Source: Promethearchaeota archaeon
Lineage (GTDB): Archaea > Asgardarchaeota > Lokiarchaeia > Sigyniarchaeales > SOKP01
Direction of reading: 5' to 3'
Assembly: GCA_011364925.1 (NCBI GenBank)
Contig: RDOA01000001.1
Coordinates: forward strand, 29,997-93,996
DNA length: 64,000 bases
The position numbers and the translations under genes are program-made. Positions 41,410 through 50,082 of this stretch are shown here, piece after piece. The notes under the pieces are model-generated. The model was not told where the DNA came from. It saw only the letters and a program-made list of their open reading frames with translations, and did not search any database. Numbering within the stretch: the stretch's first letter is position 1; the number at the start of each line of letters is the position of its first letter.

Positions 41410-42705
41410 TTAAAAATCAATAGTTTTACCATCCCAAGCATATTCAAATATTCTTTTAATAACTTCGCTATCAATATACCGAGTAACCATGTACGCTACA
41501 GGATCAGTTTCAGCATAATTTACTAAAAGATCTAGATTTTTATTGTAGTCCTCCTCAGTAATAACAGGGTTCTTTATTTCTTTTATACTTACTGGACCGT
41601 CTATTGAATGTATGAAGTCCTTAAGACTTTTAAGAAATTCAGCAGCTAGCTCATTATCGCTTTTATTTTTTGGATCAACTCCAAAAAGTGGACATAAATC
41701 TTTCCATCTTTCAGAAATTTTCATTTGGAACGCAATTGTGTACGGTAGAAACATACCCACACAAAGTCCATGATGAACATTGAGTACTTTACCCAAACTA
41801 TGGCCCAAGGCGTGATCAATTCCCACACGAGAGTGAATAAATCCAAGTCCAGCCATACTCGCTGCAATTTGCATATGTGCTCTAGCTTCTATATCTTTGG
41901 CTCCATATTTGACTGCGCGAGGTAAATATTTAATTGTTTCTTTAACAGCGTAAAAGTTCATTGCATCCGCAAACGGAGTTCCTATGTTTGATACGTAAGA
42001 TCCTGCTGCGTGAGCCAATGCATCAAGACCTGTAGCCATGGTTAAAAATGGCGGCATATCTTTTACAAAATCTGTAATTAAAACTGCATAATCAGGGATT
42101 AACTCTGGATGAGAGACGGTAAATTTTTTCGGAGGATCACGAGATATATCGGTTAACATCGAAGCGAGAGTAACTTCAGATCCAGTTCCTGATGTTGTTG
42201 GAATAGCAACAAAATATTTGATTTTTTTCCTCAAACCAAGCGGCTCTAAAGCAGACACCGTAAATAAATTAGTTTCAGGCTTTTCGAATTTTATCATTAA
42301 AGCTTTTGTTGTATCAAGTACACTCCCTCCACCAATTGCTACAAATACTCTAGGTTTAAAATCGTTACATATTTTTACTGCTTCATCAATAGTATCAATT
42401 GGTACCTCTGGCTTCACTCCAGACCATACTCTTGATTCTATATTTATTTTACCCAGTATACTACTTATTGGGCTAGCAAACTTCTCAGTAAAATCGTCTG
42501 TAATTATTAGAACTCTTCTATCTCCTTCTTCAAGATTACCATCTAAGTAATTCTTTATCCTGTTTAACGCTGTCATTCCAAATATAATCTGTGGTGTTCG
42601 AAAAGCAGTCAATAATCCTCCAGGTGCTCTCCCTTTTAATAAATTCATAAGAGCTTTTAATTGTTCACTTACTAGGTCTTGTGTTTGTTCGATTTTTTTT
42701 TCCAA
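41410..42705 (-). CDS. Iron-containing alcohol dehydrogenase
   Basis: GGGSVLD, PTTSGTGSEVT, DALAH, HALGH...HHG metal ligands. Confidence 0.92.
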   Translation of the reverse strand: MEKKIEQTQDLVSEQLKALMNLLKGRAPGGLLTAFRTPQIIFGMTALNRIKNYLDGNLEEGDRRVLIITDDFTEKFASPISSILGKINIESRVWSGVKPEVPIDTIDEAVKICNDFKPRVFVAIGGGSVLDTTKALMIKFEKPETNLFTVSALEPLGLRKKIKYFVAIPTTSGTGSEVTLASMLTDISRDPPKKFTVSHPELIPDYAVLITDFVKDMPPFLTMATGLDALAHAAGSYVSNIGTPFADAMNFYAVKETIKYLPRAVKYGAKDIEARAHMQIAASMAGLGFIHSRVGIDHALGHSLGKVLNVHHGLCVGMFLPYTIAFQMKISERWKDLCPLFGVDPKNKSDNELAAEFLKSLKDFIHSIDGPVSIKEIKNPVITEEDYNKNLDLLVNYAETDPVAYMVTRYIDSEVIKRIFEYAWDGKTIDF

Positions 42706-42779
42706 AAAAAACCACTTTTTATTTTTAAATTTAAGATAAATATTGTTTTACTTTTTTAAAAAGGTTTTTAATAGCTGTC

Positions 42780-42793
42780 GTCTATTTATTGCA
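42780..42793 (-). promoter_or_regulatory. Candidate operator TGCAATAAATAGAC in the adh/tetR divergent promoter
   Basis: Exact 14-bp match to 57371-57384. Confidence 0.45.
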
Positions 42794-42925
42794 TAGTGTT
42801 GCCCTACAACACTCGAATGTAGAATTTTAAATCAAAGAAAAGATTTTTCTAAATAGTAGAAAAGTAATTTAAAGACCAAAATGAGTAAATACCTTTAACT
42901 AATTATTTAGGATTTGAAATAAAAA

Positions 42926-43660
42926 ATGGTGAAACAAGAACAAGCTCAATCTAATACTGTAAAGAGGAGAATGCGATCGCCAGAAAAAAAAGCTCAGCAA
43001 TTTGAAAAAATTCTGGAAGTAGGCAAACAATTATTTGAAACTAGTGGACGCGATGGTTTTACCTTATCAGCGTTAGCAAAAAAATTAGATATGAATAAAA
43101 ATAATCTTTACAATTATATTGAGAGTAAACGAGAATTATGGATTGCAATAAGAAAGAAATGCTATGAACAGTATCGCGATGAGAACCGTAAGATCATAAA
43201 AGAAACTAGTGGTACTAATGTCGACGTTTTATTGAAAATCTTTGAGCACTTTTTTGAGTTTGCAGAAAATGATTATGCTGCTTTCCGAATCATGCACACC
43301 ATACGCTCTCCACCGTCGGATAAAGTCGGTCCATTTGAAAAAGAATATAAGCAATTTAGCTTTTTAGATGGAACTACTCGTTTAATTCAAAAGGCTATTG
43401 ATAACGGAGAGATTAAAGAAAATAACGCTGCTTTACTCTCATTCTTTATGTTTAGCTTATTATTAGGATCAACTATGATAGAATGGGCGATGAGGGATAT
43501 TGAAAATACAACTGATAAAGAAGGGAAAAAAATAGACGAATACTTACAATTCGGAAGTCAAAAGTTTACAAGCAAGGAATTTCGGAAATATACATTACAA
43601 AAGATTCAAAAAGGCTTTACCGAGCCGAATATGGCAGTAAATGAATTTGAGTATAAATAA
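42926..43660 (+). CDS. TetR/AcrR family transcriptional regulator, copy 1
   Basis: ILEVGKQLF...GFTLSALAKKLDM.KNNLYNY.ESKREL HTH; close paralog at 60018. Confidence 0.9.
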   Translation: MVKQEQAQSNTVKRRMRSPEKKAQQFEKILEVGKQLFETSGRDGFTLSALAKKLDMNKNNLYNYIESKRELWIAIRKKCYEQYRDENRKIIKETSGTNVDVLLKIFEHFFEFAENDYAAFRIMHTIRSPPSDKVGPFEKEYKQFSFLDGTTRLIQKAIDNGEIKENNAALLSFFMFSLLLGSTMIEWAMRDIENTTDKEGKKIDEYLQFGSQKFTSKEFRKYTLQKIQKGFTEPNMAVNEFEYK

Positions 43661-43741
43661 AATCAATTATTTCTATTTTTGAATTTCTCTTGCCTTAAAA
43701 AATTGAATAAACTTTATATAATAAATCAAAGATGATATTGA

Positions 43742-44773
43742 ATGTTTGGAGGAAGAAAACCACAGTACCGATTTAAAACTTATAAATCCGATGCAGCACC
43801 CTTTTTCTTCTTTATCGATATCTTTCCGCTTGATCTTAACCTTTTTGATACTCCTCACTCATTAGCGTTAGCTAAGCATATTAAAAACAATCCAATAATG
43901 CCTTTACCAATGAGAATTGATCGCGTTTACAACGGAGTAAGTTCGATCCTTATTCGACCTAATTCTCCAGTATCATTTCCCTTGAACGAATCGATTGTAG
44001 CTTTAGTTAATCCGGTTCCCTTTCTCCAATTGGGAATTGAGAATTTGCTTTTTTTTACAGAAATTCGATCTCAACAACGATTGTTACGCTCCGTTAGGAA
44101 AGAAAAAGTTAAGGAATGGTGGGAAAATACACGACACCTTTATGGCAATCTACACCAGGTCGAAGAAGATTTTGCTGCTTTTCTAAAAGCATATTTATAT
44201 ACTATAGTTAATGCAAAAATCAATGAAGAGGATATTACAGGTGCTGCTTTAGAATATTGTGAAATTGTTAATAATATTTGTAAACAGAGAATGCTTAAAA
44301 ATAAGATTTTAGTGGAGATCAAAAATGCTCAAAAGCATGTAAAACTATATCGAGAAAAAACAGCCAAAAGGAGAGAAAAGCTAACTATAGTCAAAAAACT
44401 CGAATATCACCCAGATCTCATCGATATTGAAGTATTTAATTTTTCAGATACTGGTTTTCCAAAGCAGATGGATTTTAAAAATTCTAATTTGAAAAACTAT
44501 GGAAGTATTGTAGCGAAGTATATTCCATTGCTATTATATGATGATTTACAGGAATGTATGCTACAAAATATGAAATTACTTGAAACGAATGAAATTTCGT
44601 TATTAAATCCATCATTTCTTTTGGAAAATAATGTTATTATTCTTTTAAGCTCAGAAAAAGCAGAAGATAGTGATTTGAACAAATATATATGGTTATCGGA
44701 TTTAAATGAAGTAGATATTGAAGGAATTTTAAATTCCATAACTCAATCTTTAATCTCTATAAGTAATATCTAG
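43742..44773 (+). CDS. Hypothetical protein
   Basis: 343-codon ORF filling the gap; no motif recognised. Confidence 0.7.
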   Translation: MFGGRKPQYRFKTYKSDAAPFFFFIDIFPLDLNLFDTPHSLALAKHIKNNPIMPLPMRIDRVYNGVSSILIRPNSPVSFPLNESIVALVNPVPFLQLGIENLLFFTEIRSQQRLLRSVRKEKVKEWWENTRHLYGNLHQVEEDFAAFLKAYLYTIVNAKINEEDITGAALEYCEIVNNICKQRMLKNKILVEIKNAQKHVKLYREKTAKRREKLTIVKKLEYHPDLIDIEVFNFSDTGFPKQMDFKNSNLKNYGSIVAKYIPLLLYDDLQECMLQNMKLLETNEISLLNPSFLLENNVIILLSSEKAEDSDLNKYIWLSDLNEVDIEGILNSITQSLISISNI

Positions 44774-44943
44774 AATATGGGATAATAATCATCGTTGATC
44801 TATCTTACACTAGAAAAGCGATCTTCTTGAGAATCTCTTAAATTAGGGCATTCAAAGATTCTCTTGGCTGATTTGTTAAATATTCAAATTTCACCTTGAA
44901 AAAGAAACAAGAATGAAAAGTTTAAATACTCTCGTATCGTATG

Positions 44944-44976
44944 ATAGACTAAGTATGTTTAATACATACTGTCTAT
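44944..44976. promoter_or_regulatory. Palindromic operator candidate upstream of SBP copy 2
   Basis: AGTATGT-TTAAT-ACATACT flanked by ATAGAC/GTCTAT; 24 of 27 nt shared with 48607-48633. Confidence 0.6.
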
Positions 44977-45021
44977 TTAAAAAAAAAAACTAAAAAATAA
45001 TAAACAAGGGAAAGAATAAGA

Positions 45022-47154
45022 ATGAGAAAATTTACAAAAATATTAGTCATGATACTTCTCTTTAGTTCTTTTGTTATCTCATTTATTCCAGTCATAGCAG
45101 AACCTAAACCCGCACAAGCTGATCCATTAATTTTTAGGTTTGGAGTTCAATCAACTGCCGGAGATTGGGATCCAGCAATTCGGTATGCTGCTCCAGCTGA
45201 TGTGGCCCGATTCCCTACCCTCGAGGGCTTTGTAACATATCCTGCTTATTGGAATGGCGATGTCAATTCATTAATACCATGTCTTGCAACCGATTGGGTT
45301 TTCGAATATTGGCCAGTAGAACAAAATTCAAAAGGATATTATAATAGCGGAGGTATAAAGTCGACTACTTTAACATTGCGAGAAAATGTAACCTTCCATG
45401 ATGGTTCTCAATGGAACGCTACAGTAGCAAAATGGAATCTGGATCGAATAATGATTGTTTCTGGTAATTTGACAGGAAGGGGTAATACTAAATATCTAGC
45501 TGATTTTTGGGAAGATGCAAGCGATTACTTACCTTTTTATACTCAAAGTTGGAACTTTTCATCTGCTATTGGCCAGATGCCTTCCTATAATGGCATGACT
45601 GCAACGATTCCTGCATTAAACGGTACTTTTCCTAAAATCAATAATGTAACTATCTTAGACGCGGGAGGACCGAATGGAGGGGGCATAATTAAAATCAATT
45701 ATAATGATTGGGCTTCTTTTTCAGTTTGGGAGATTTTAGCAGGTAATCCTCAACATTATGTATTGATGATATCGATGGCGGCTTATGCGGATTATTGGGA
45801 TAGAGCAATTTATGGTTTTGGAGAAGTTCCTGGCTTTCCTCAGGACGCTACCTTCAAACACTTGGTTGGAACGGGGCCTTATATATTTGATCATTGGACG
45901 ACCACAGGACCGACAACGGGAGGCTTAATAGTAAAAAACGAGAATTATTGGAATAAAACAGCCCTTGAAGCTGCTGGTTGGTTCGGGATTGATGAAGTAC
46001 AATTTGTGTTATTTACTCCCGACGATGCTGGTACACAAGCACGTAATTTGGCAATGAAGACTGGAGCTATAGACTTTTCTTCCGATGTCAGTGGTTTTAA
46101 TTTTGTTTACGATGAAGTTATTTCTCAAGCTGACTTAACATATTTTACCAACCCGATTGGAGATTATCCATTCTGTCTTATATTGAATTGCATCAATGAG
46201 ACCGCCTGGAAGACGCTTTACGACGGTGGAATGTTTCCATATAAGACCAATGGACTCCCGCGCTTATTCCGGAAAGCAATATCATACGCATTCGACTATG
46301 AAGCATTTTTACAGACAGCTTATAATGGACGTGCGACGCGTATGAATAGTTATCTTGGTAACGATAATCTCTATGCTAATCCAAGCATTCCTATGCCATA
46401 CTTAAATCTTTCCATCGCACGAGAGGCTATACTTGCTCAATATCCAACTGAATGCGCTGCTAGAGGTCTTGATGCAAATAGTCCCGATCAAGATTGGATA
46501 AATGTTGCAAACTCAAATCCTATTTACAGGGTTAGTTTCTATTGGGATATATCTTCGGTTCAGCAGGTTTTAAAAGATTATATAGAAACTGCTCTTAAAA
46601 GTATTGGGATGGCTTATTATGACGATGCTGATCATCAAGCGACACCTACTATATGGGCAAAAATATTTCAACCAGGAATCATGTTTTCTGCACAAATGTG
46701 GGGATCGACTTGGGCTATAGCACCAAATGATATCGGTCACGCACACATTAACGCGTACTTCAAGTATCCAGGCCCAGGTACGGTATATTATAACTTAGCC
46801 TTCTGTTATCTCAATAATGTCACAGACTGGATAGACCAAATTTATTTTTCAAACAGTACTACACGACAAGAATACTACGATGATATAGGCGTCACTCTAC
46901 AAGAATACGAGTACCCATGGATGTGGATAGGTCATGGTCAATTTGGTTATGTCTATAGGAGAGAATGGGAAGTGCGCGAGTTTGAGCGCTATTTTGGTAT
47001 GCCAACAATTGTTGGAGATCTTACCCATATAAAGTGGGTTGGATGGGAGCCACCCATACCTGGAATACCCGGATATTCGATGTATATCACCTTGTCTGTT
47101 TCAGCAGCTGCAACTGTCGGAATTATTTATGTAATGATGAAAAAAAGAAAGTAA
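45022..47154 (+). CDS. ABC transporter substrate-binding protein (family 5, DppA-like) with Loki-CTERM-type tail, copy 2
   Basis: Signal peptide, LIPCLATDW, LRENVTFHDGSQWNA, VGTGPY, FRKAISYAFDY; tail IPGY + TM + KKRK. Confidence 0.88.
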   Translation: MRKFTKILVMILLFSSFVISFIPVIAEPKPAQADPLIFRFGVQSTAGDWDPAIRYAAPADVARFPTLEGFVTYPAYWNGDVNSLIPCLATDWVFEYWPVEQNSKGYYNSGGIKSTTLTLRENVTFHDGSQWNATVAKWNLDRIMIVSGNLTGRGNTKYLADFWEDASDYLPFYTQSWNFSSAIGQMPSYNGMTATIPALNGTFPKINNVTILDAGGPNGGGIIKINYNDWASFSVWEILAGNPQHYVLMISMAAYADYWDRAIYGFGEVPGFPQDATFKHLVGTGPYIFDHWTTTGPTTGGLIVKNENYWNKTALEAAGWFGIDEVQFVLFTPDDAGTQARNLAMKTGAIDFSSDVSGFNFVYDEVISQADLTYFTNPIGDYPFCLILNCINETAWKTLYDGGMFPYKTNGLPRLFRKAISYAFDYEAFLQTAYNGRATRMNSYLGNDNLYANPSIPMPYLNLSIAREAILAQYPTECAARGLDANSPDQDWINVANSNPIYRVSFYWDISSVQQVLKDYIETALKSIGMAYYDDADHQATPTIWAKIFQPGIMFSAQMWGSTWAIAPNDIGHAHINAYFKYPGPGTVYYNLAFCYLNNVTDWIDQIYFSNSTTRQEYYDDIGVTLQEYEYPWMWIGHGQFGYVYRREWEVREFERYFGMPTIVGDLTHIKWVGWEPPIPGIPGYSMYITLSVSAAATVGIIYVMMKKRK

Positions 47155-47296
47155 CAACATCAAAAATTACCTTTTAATATACTTTTTTTTTATTTTTATG
47201 TATTATACCAATTCTTCAAGAATATAGAGATAAGAGTCTTTAGCTAACTTCTTAATAATTAAAAAAAAAGAATCTATAAGCAGATTTTTACGCTCT

Positions 47297-48550
47297 CTAA
47301 ATGGGAACTATACGTATTTCATTGACAGGATATTTATTAAAATTTTCATAACCATTGTGTGTAAAGACACCTGAGGAACCTACCCAAAGAGCTTTTTTTG
47401 TATTAGGAATCCTAACCCATATATGTAAAGTAACCGTGTTACCCGGTTTAAACTCAAAATTTTGATACAATTGTGCCCATGCTGCGCTATTAGTACCGGG
47501 TGTTGCCCCTGCTACCGGTGGTTGCATCATAAAACACCAACCAGCAATTAATATACTTGGTACTTGCTCAAGACCAGCGTCATAAATTGGCTTAAGAAAC
47601 TGATCTATATCTTTTCCTTTCATTCCAGGCTTTAGTTCAGAAACCATATTATCATGAACCATAGCTGCAACATTGAACATTTTTTCATATTCAGGTGTTG
47701 GATTACCAACAAACCAAGTTCCCCAGAGCTTTCCCCAATAATTACCGTATCCTAAACAAAATTCGGACATTAGAAAATCACCTACTTTCACTCGTTTTCC
47801 TGTTGAATAAGGCGTAGGATAAAAGTAATCAGGATTTTCCATTGAAAAGGAACTGACATGACCGAACGGAAATGTTCCATAATGGCGAACTGCTGTCAAA
47901 TTCATTGCTCGTTGTAAGTCTTTGTGTTTTATTCCGGGACGGGTTAATTGAAAAACCTCTTCTTGAGCCAGATCCGTTAAAGCTCCTGCCCTTCTAAGGA
48001 GCGCTATTTCTTCTTCGCTTTTAATAAGTTGTAGATCCTGCAACCAAGGATTAGCGCTGACAATTTTTGCATCCGGAAAGTTTTTATCTATAAGCTGACG
48101 TTGTTCAGTGAATAAGGTGATATCACCATATTGAGCTCCTCCAGGACCAACAAGTCCAATCGTTCCTTTTTCGTATCCAAGATCTTTGATTTTTTGAATT
48201 GCATTTGATAATGGTTCTCCATCTTTTATATCTTTCACGTAGGAAATGGTAGCCGCGTTTACGCAATGATAATCTAAATTAATAAACATTGTAGGTTCGC
48301 CTTCTACTGGAACAGTAAGATATGTTTCAAAAACATTTGCGAAACGGGTAAGATACTGGAGGTGTATCTGACCAGGACTATTTCCTATCCCCACATGCCC
48401 ATAAACTAAAAGTACATCTATTCCTCTTTCCTTCATCTCCTTTCGAACATATTTGTAGCGTTGAGCCATTTCTTTATCTGAAAAATATGGAAGAAAGTTA
48501 TTATCAGCGTCTTCAGGTATTACATCATAAATTTCTTTACTCATTTTCAT
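47297..48550 (-). CDS. M24 (Xaa-Pro peptidase/creatinase) fold protein lacking canonical metal ligands
   Basis: Creatinase_N-like N-terminus, IKSEEEIALLRRA, GD...F.G.P, KPG.K, FKPG.TVT. Confidence 0.8.
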   Translation of the reverse strand: MKMSKEIYDVIPEDADNNFLPYFSDKEMAQRYKYVRKEMKERGIDVLLVYGHVGIGNSPGQIHLQYLTRFANVFETYLTVPVEGEPTMFINLDYHCVNAATISYVKDIKDGEPLSNAIQKIKDLGYEKGTIGLVGPGGAQYGDITLFTEQRQLIDKNFPDAKIVSANPWLQDLQLIKSEEEIALLRRAGALTDLAQEEVFQLTRPGIKHKDLQRAMNLTAVRHYGTFPFGHVSSFSMENPDYFYPTPYSTGKRVKVGDFLMSEFCLGYGNYWGKLWGTWFVGNPTPEYEKMFNVAAMVHDNMVSELKPGMKGKDIDQFLKPIYDAGLEQVPSILIAGWCFMMQPPVAGATPGTNSAAWAQLYQNFEFKPGNTVTLHIWVRIPNTKKALWVGSSGVFTHNGYENFNKYPVNEIRIVPI

Positions 48551-48606
48551 CTCTCTAATTAATTTTATTACTATAAAATTCTAACCACAAATGAGAATTT
48601 TTTTTA

Positions 48607-48633
48607 ATATACAGTATGCATTAAACATATTTA
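48607..48633 (-). promoter_or_regulatory. Operator candidate upstream of the M24-fold gene
   Basis: Minus strand TAAATATGTTTAATGCATACTGTATAT versus TAAGTATGTTTAATACATACTGTCTAT at 44950-44976. Confidence 0.6.
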
Positions 48634-48750
48634 TAACTTTTCATAATTTAAAGCGTTTCAATCAAAGTTCTTCAAATACAGTTAAAACTCAGATACTCTC
48701 TCTTTATTCCACAAATAATTGACTTACTTAAACGCTTTTTACAAAAGAAA

Positions 48751-50055
48751 TCACTGTTTTGGGGGATTTACACACCAAATATAATGATCCTCCTCAATTT
48801 TTATCTTATGAGGCAAATCAAATTCACATTCCTTAGTTCGCACATCTGAGGAGCAGCGAGGGTGAAAAGTACATCCCGTAGGTGGGGTTATAGGGCTTGG
48901 AACTTCACCGCGAATAATAAACTTTATATCCCTATTTTTCATGTCTACTTCGGATCTCGACGCTAATAGCGCTCGGGTGTAAGGATGCGTGGGTTTCGAA
49001 AAAATTTGTTCGGTATCCCCAATTTCAACGATCTGACCGAGATACATAACTGCGATTCGATCAGCAATATGATTTACTGCAGCTAAATTGTGTGTAATAA
49101 ATAAATACCCATAACCGTAATTTTTCTGTAATCTTTTTAATAAGTTTAGGATTTGTGCTTGTACTGATACATCAAGGGCAGATGTTGGTTCGTCAAGAAT
49201 TATAAGTTCTGGATTGGTTGCGAGTGCTCGAGCAATAACAATTCTTTGCTTTTGGCCACCTGAAAATTCATGTGGATAGCGATCCATATGTTCTCGCTTC
49301 AAGGCAACCTCTTTCATTAATCCTAAAACTCTTTTTCTTAGTTCATCTTTTTTAGTGATGCCTAACAAGTTTTTCAGAGGTTCAGCAATAATCTCAAATA
49401 CTTTTAAGCGAGGATTTAAAGAAGCATCTGGATCCTGATAAACAATTTGAATTTTCTGTCTTAAATTAGATGGATATTTACGATGAATTGCCCTGTCTTG
49501 GAATCGAATATTTCCATCAGTTTTCTTTACTAAACCTAAAATCGAAAGAGCTACCGTTGTTTTCCCACAACCGCTTTCTCCGACTAATCCAAGGGTTTGA
49601 CCTGAATTAATTTCAAAAGATATACCATTAACAGCTTTAATGACCCCTATTTGTCTTCTAAACATTCCTCCAATGAGAGGATAAAAAACTTTCAAATCCT
49701 TAACATCTAATAGATTCTTCCCTCTTTCAAGAGTTTTCATTTGACCAAATTTATCAACTCTAAGAACATTAAATCTAATATATCTAACAGCAAAACTCGT
49801 AATAATTCGTATTAGAAGATAAATTAGCCAAAAATTAGTTAAGAAAATTTCTGGTAGAGGAAAGAAGATAAAAAGAATACCTGAAATTGATGAAATAAAA
49901 TATAAATGAACTTTTACCCTAACTAATTGGGATCTAGCATCCGATTTAATGATAAAAAACGAAAGAAAAAATCCTATCCAAAAAAGAAGTAAAAAAACAA
50001 TTATAAATACGTTTAAATCAAAGATGTTAAAGATATAATTATATTGAAAAATCAT
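48751..50055 (-). CDS. dppF: DppF-type ABC ATPase fused to an N-terminal membrane domain, copy 2
   Basis: GESGCGKT, FSGGQKQR, HPYT; N-terminal TM domain with DARSQLVR homologous to copy 1. Confidence 0.9.
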   Translation of the reverse strand: MIFQYNYIFNIFDLNVFIIVFLLLFWIGFFLSFFIIKSDARSQLVRVKVHLYFISSISGILFIFFPLPEIFLTNFWLIYLLIRIITSFAVRYIRFNVLRVDKFGQMKTLERGKNLLDVKDLKVFYPLIGGMFRRQIGVIKAVNGISFEINSGQTLGLVGESGCGKTTVALSILGLVKKTDGNIRFQDRAIHRKYPSNLRQKIQIVYQDPDASLNPRLKVFEIIAEPLKNLLGITKKDELRKRVLGLMKEVALKREHMDRYPHEFSGGQKQRIVIARALATNPELIILDEPTSALDVSVQAQILNLLKRLQKNYGYGYLFITHNLAAVNHIADRIAVMYLGQIVEIGDTEQIFSKPTHPYTRALLASRSEVDMKNRDIKFIIRGEVPSPITPPTGCTFHPRCSSDVRTKECEFDLPHKIKIEEDHYIWCVNPPKQ

Positions 50056-50082
50056 ACTCGTTCACTCTATTCTATTTCTTTT

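Noticed and set aside
44829-44863. GAGAATCT-N19-AGATTCTC hairpin after the hypothetical gene
   Set aside because: A single 8-bp stem with no second copy; could be chance or a simple terminator.
47297-48550. Prolidase plus HypD hydroxyproline-utilisation pathway
   Set aside because: The M24 protein lacks prolidase metal ligands, neither GRE shows the HypD-type SGCVE loop, and no P5C reductase is in the window.
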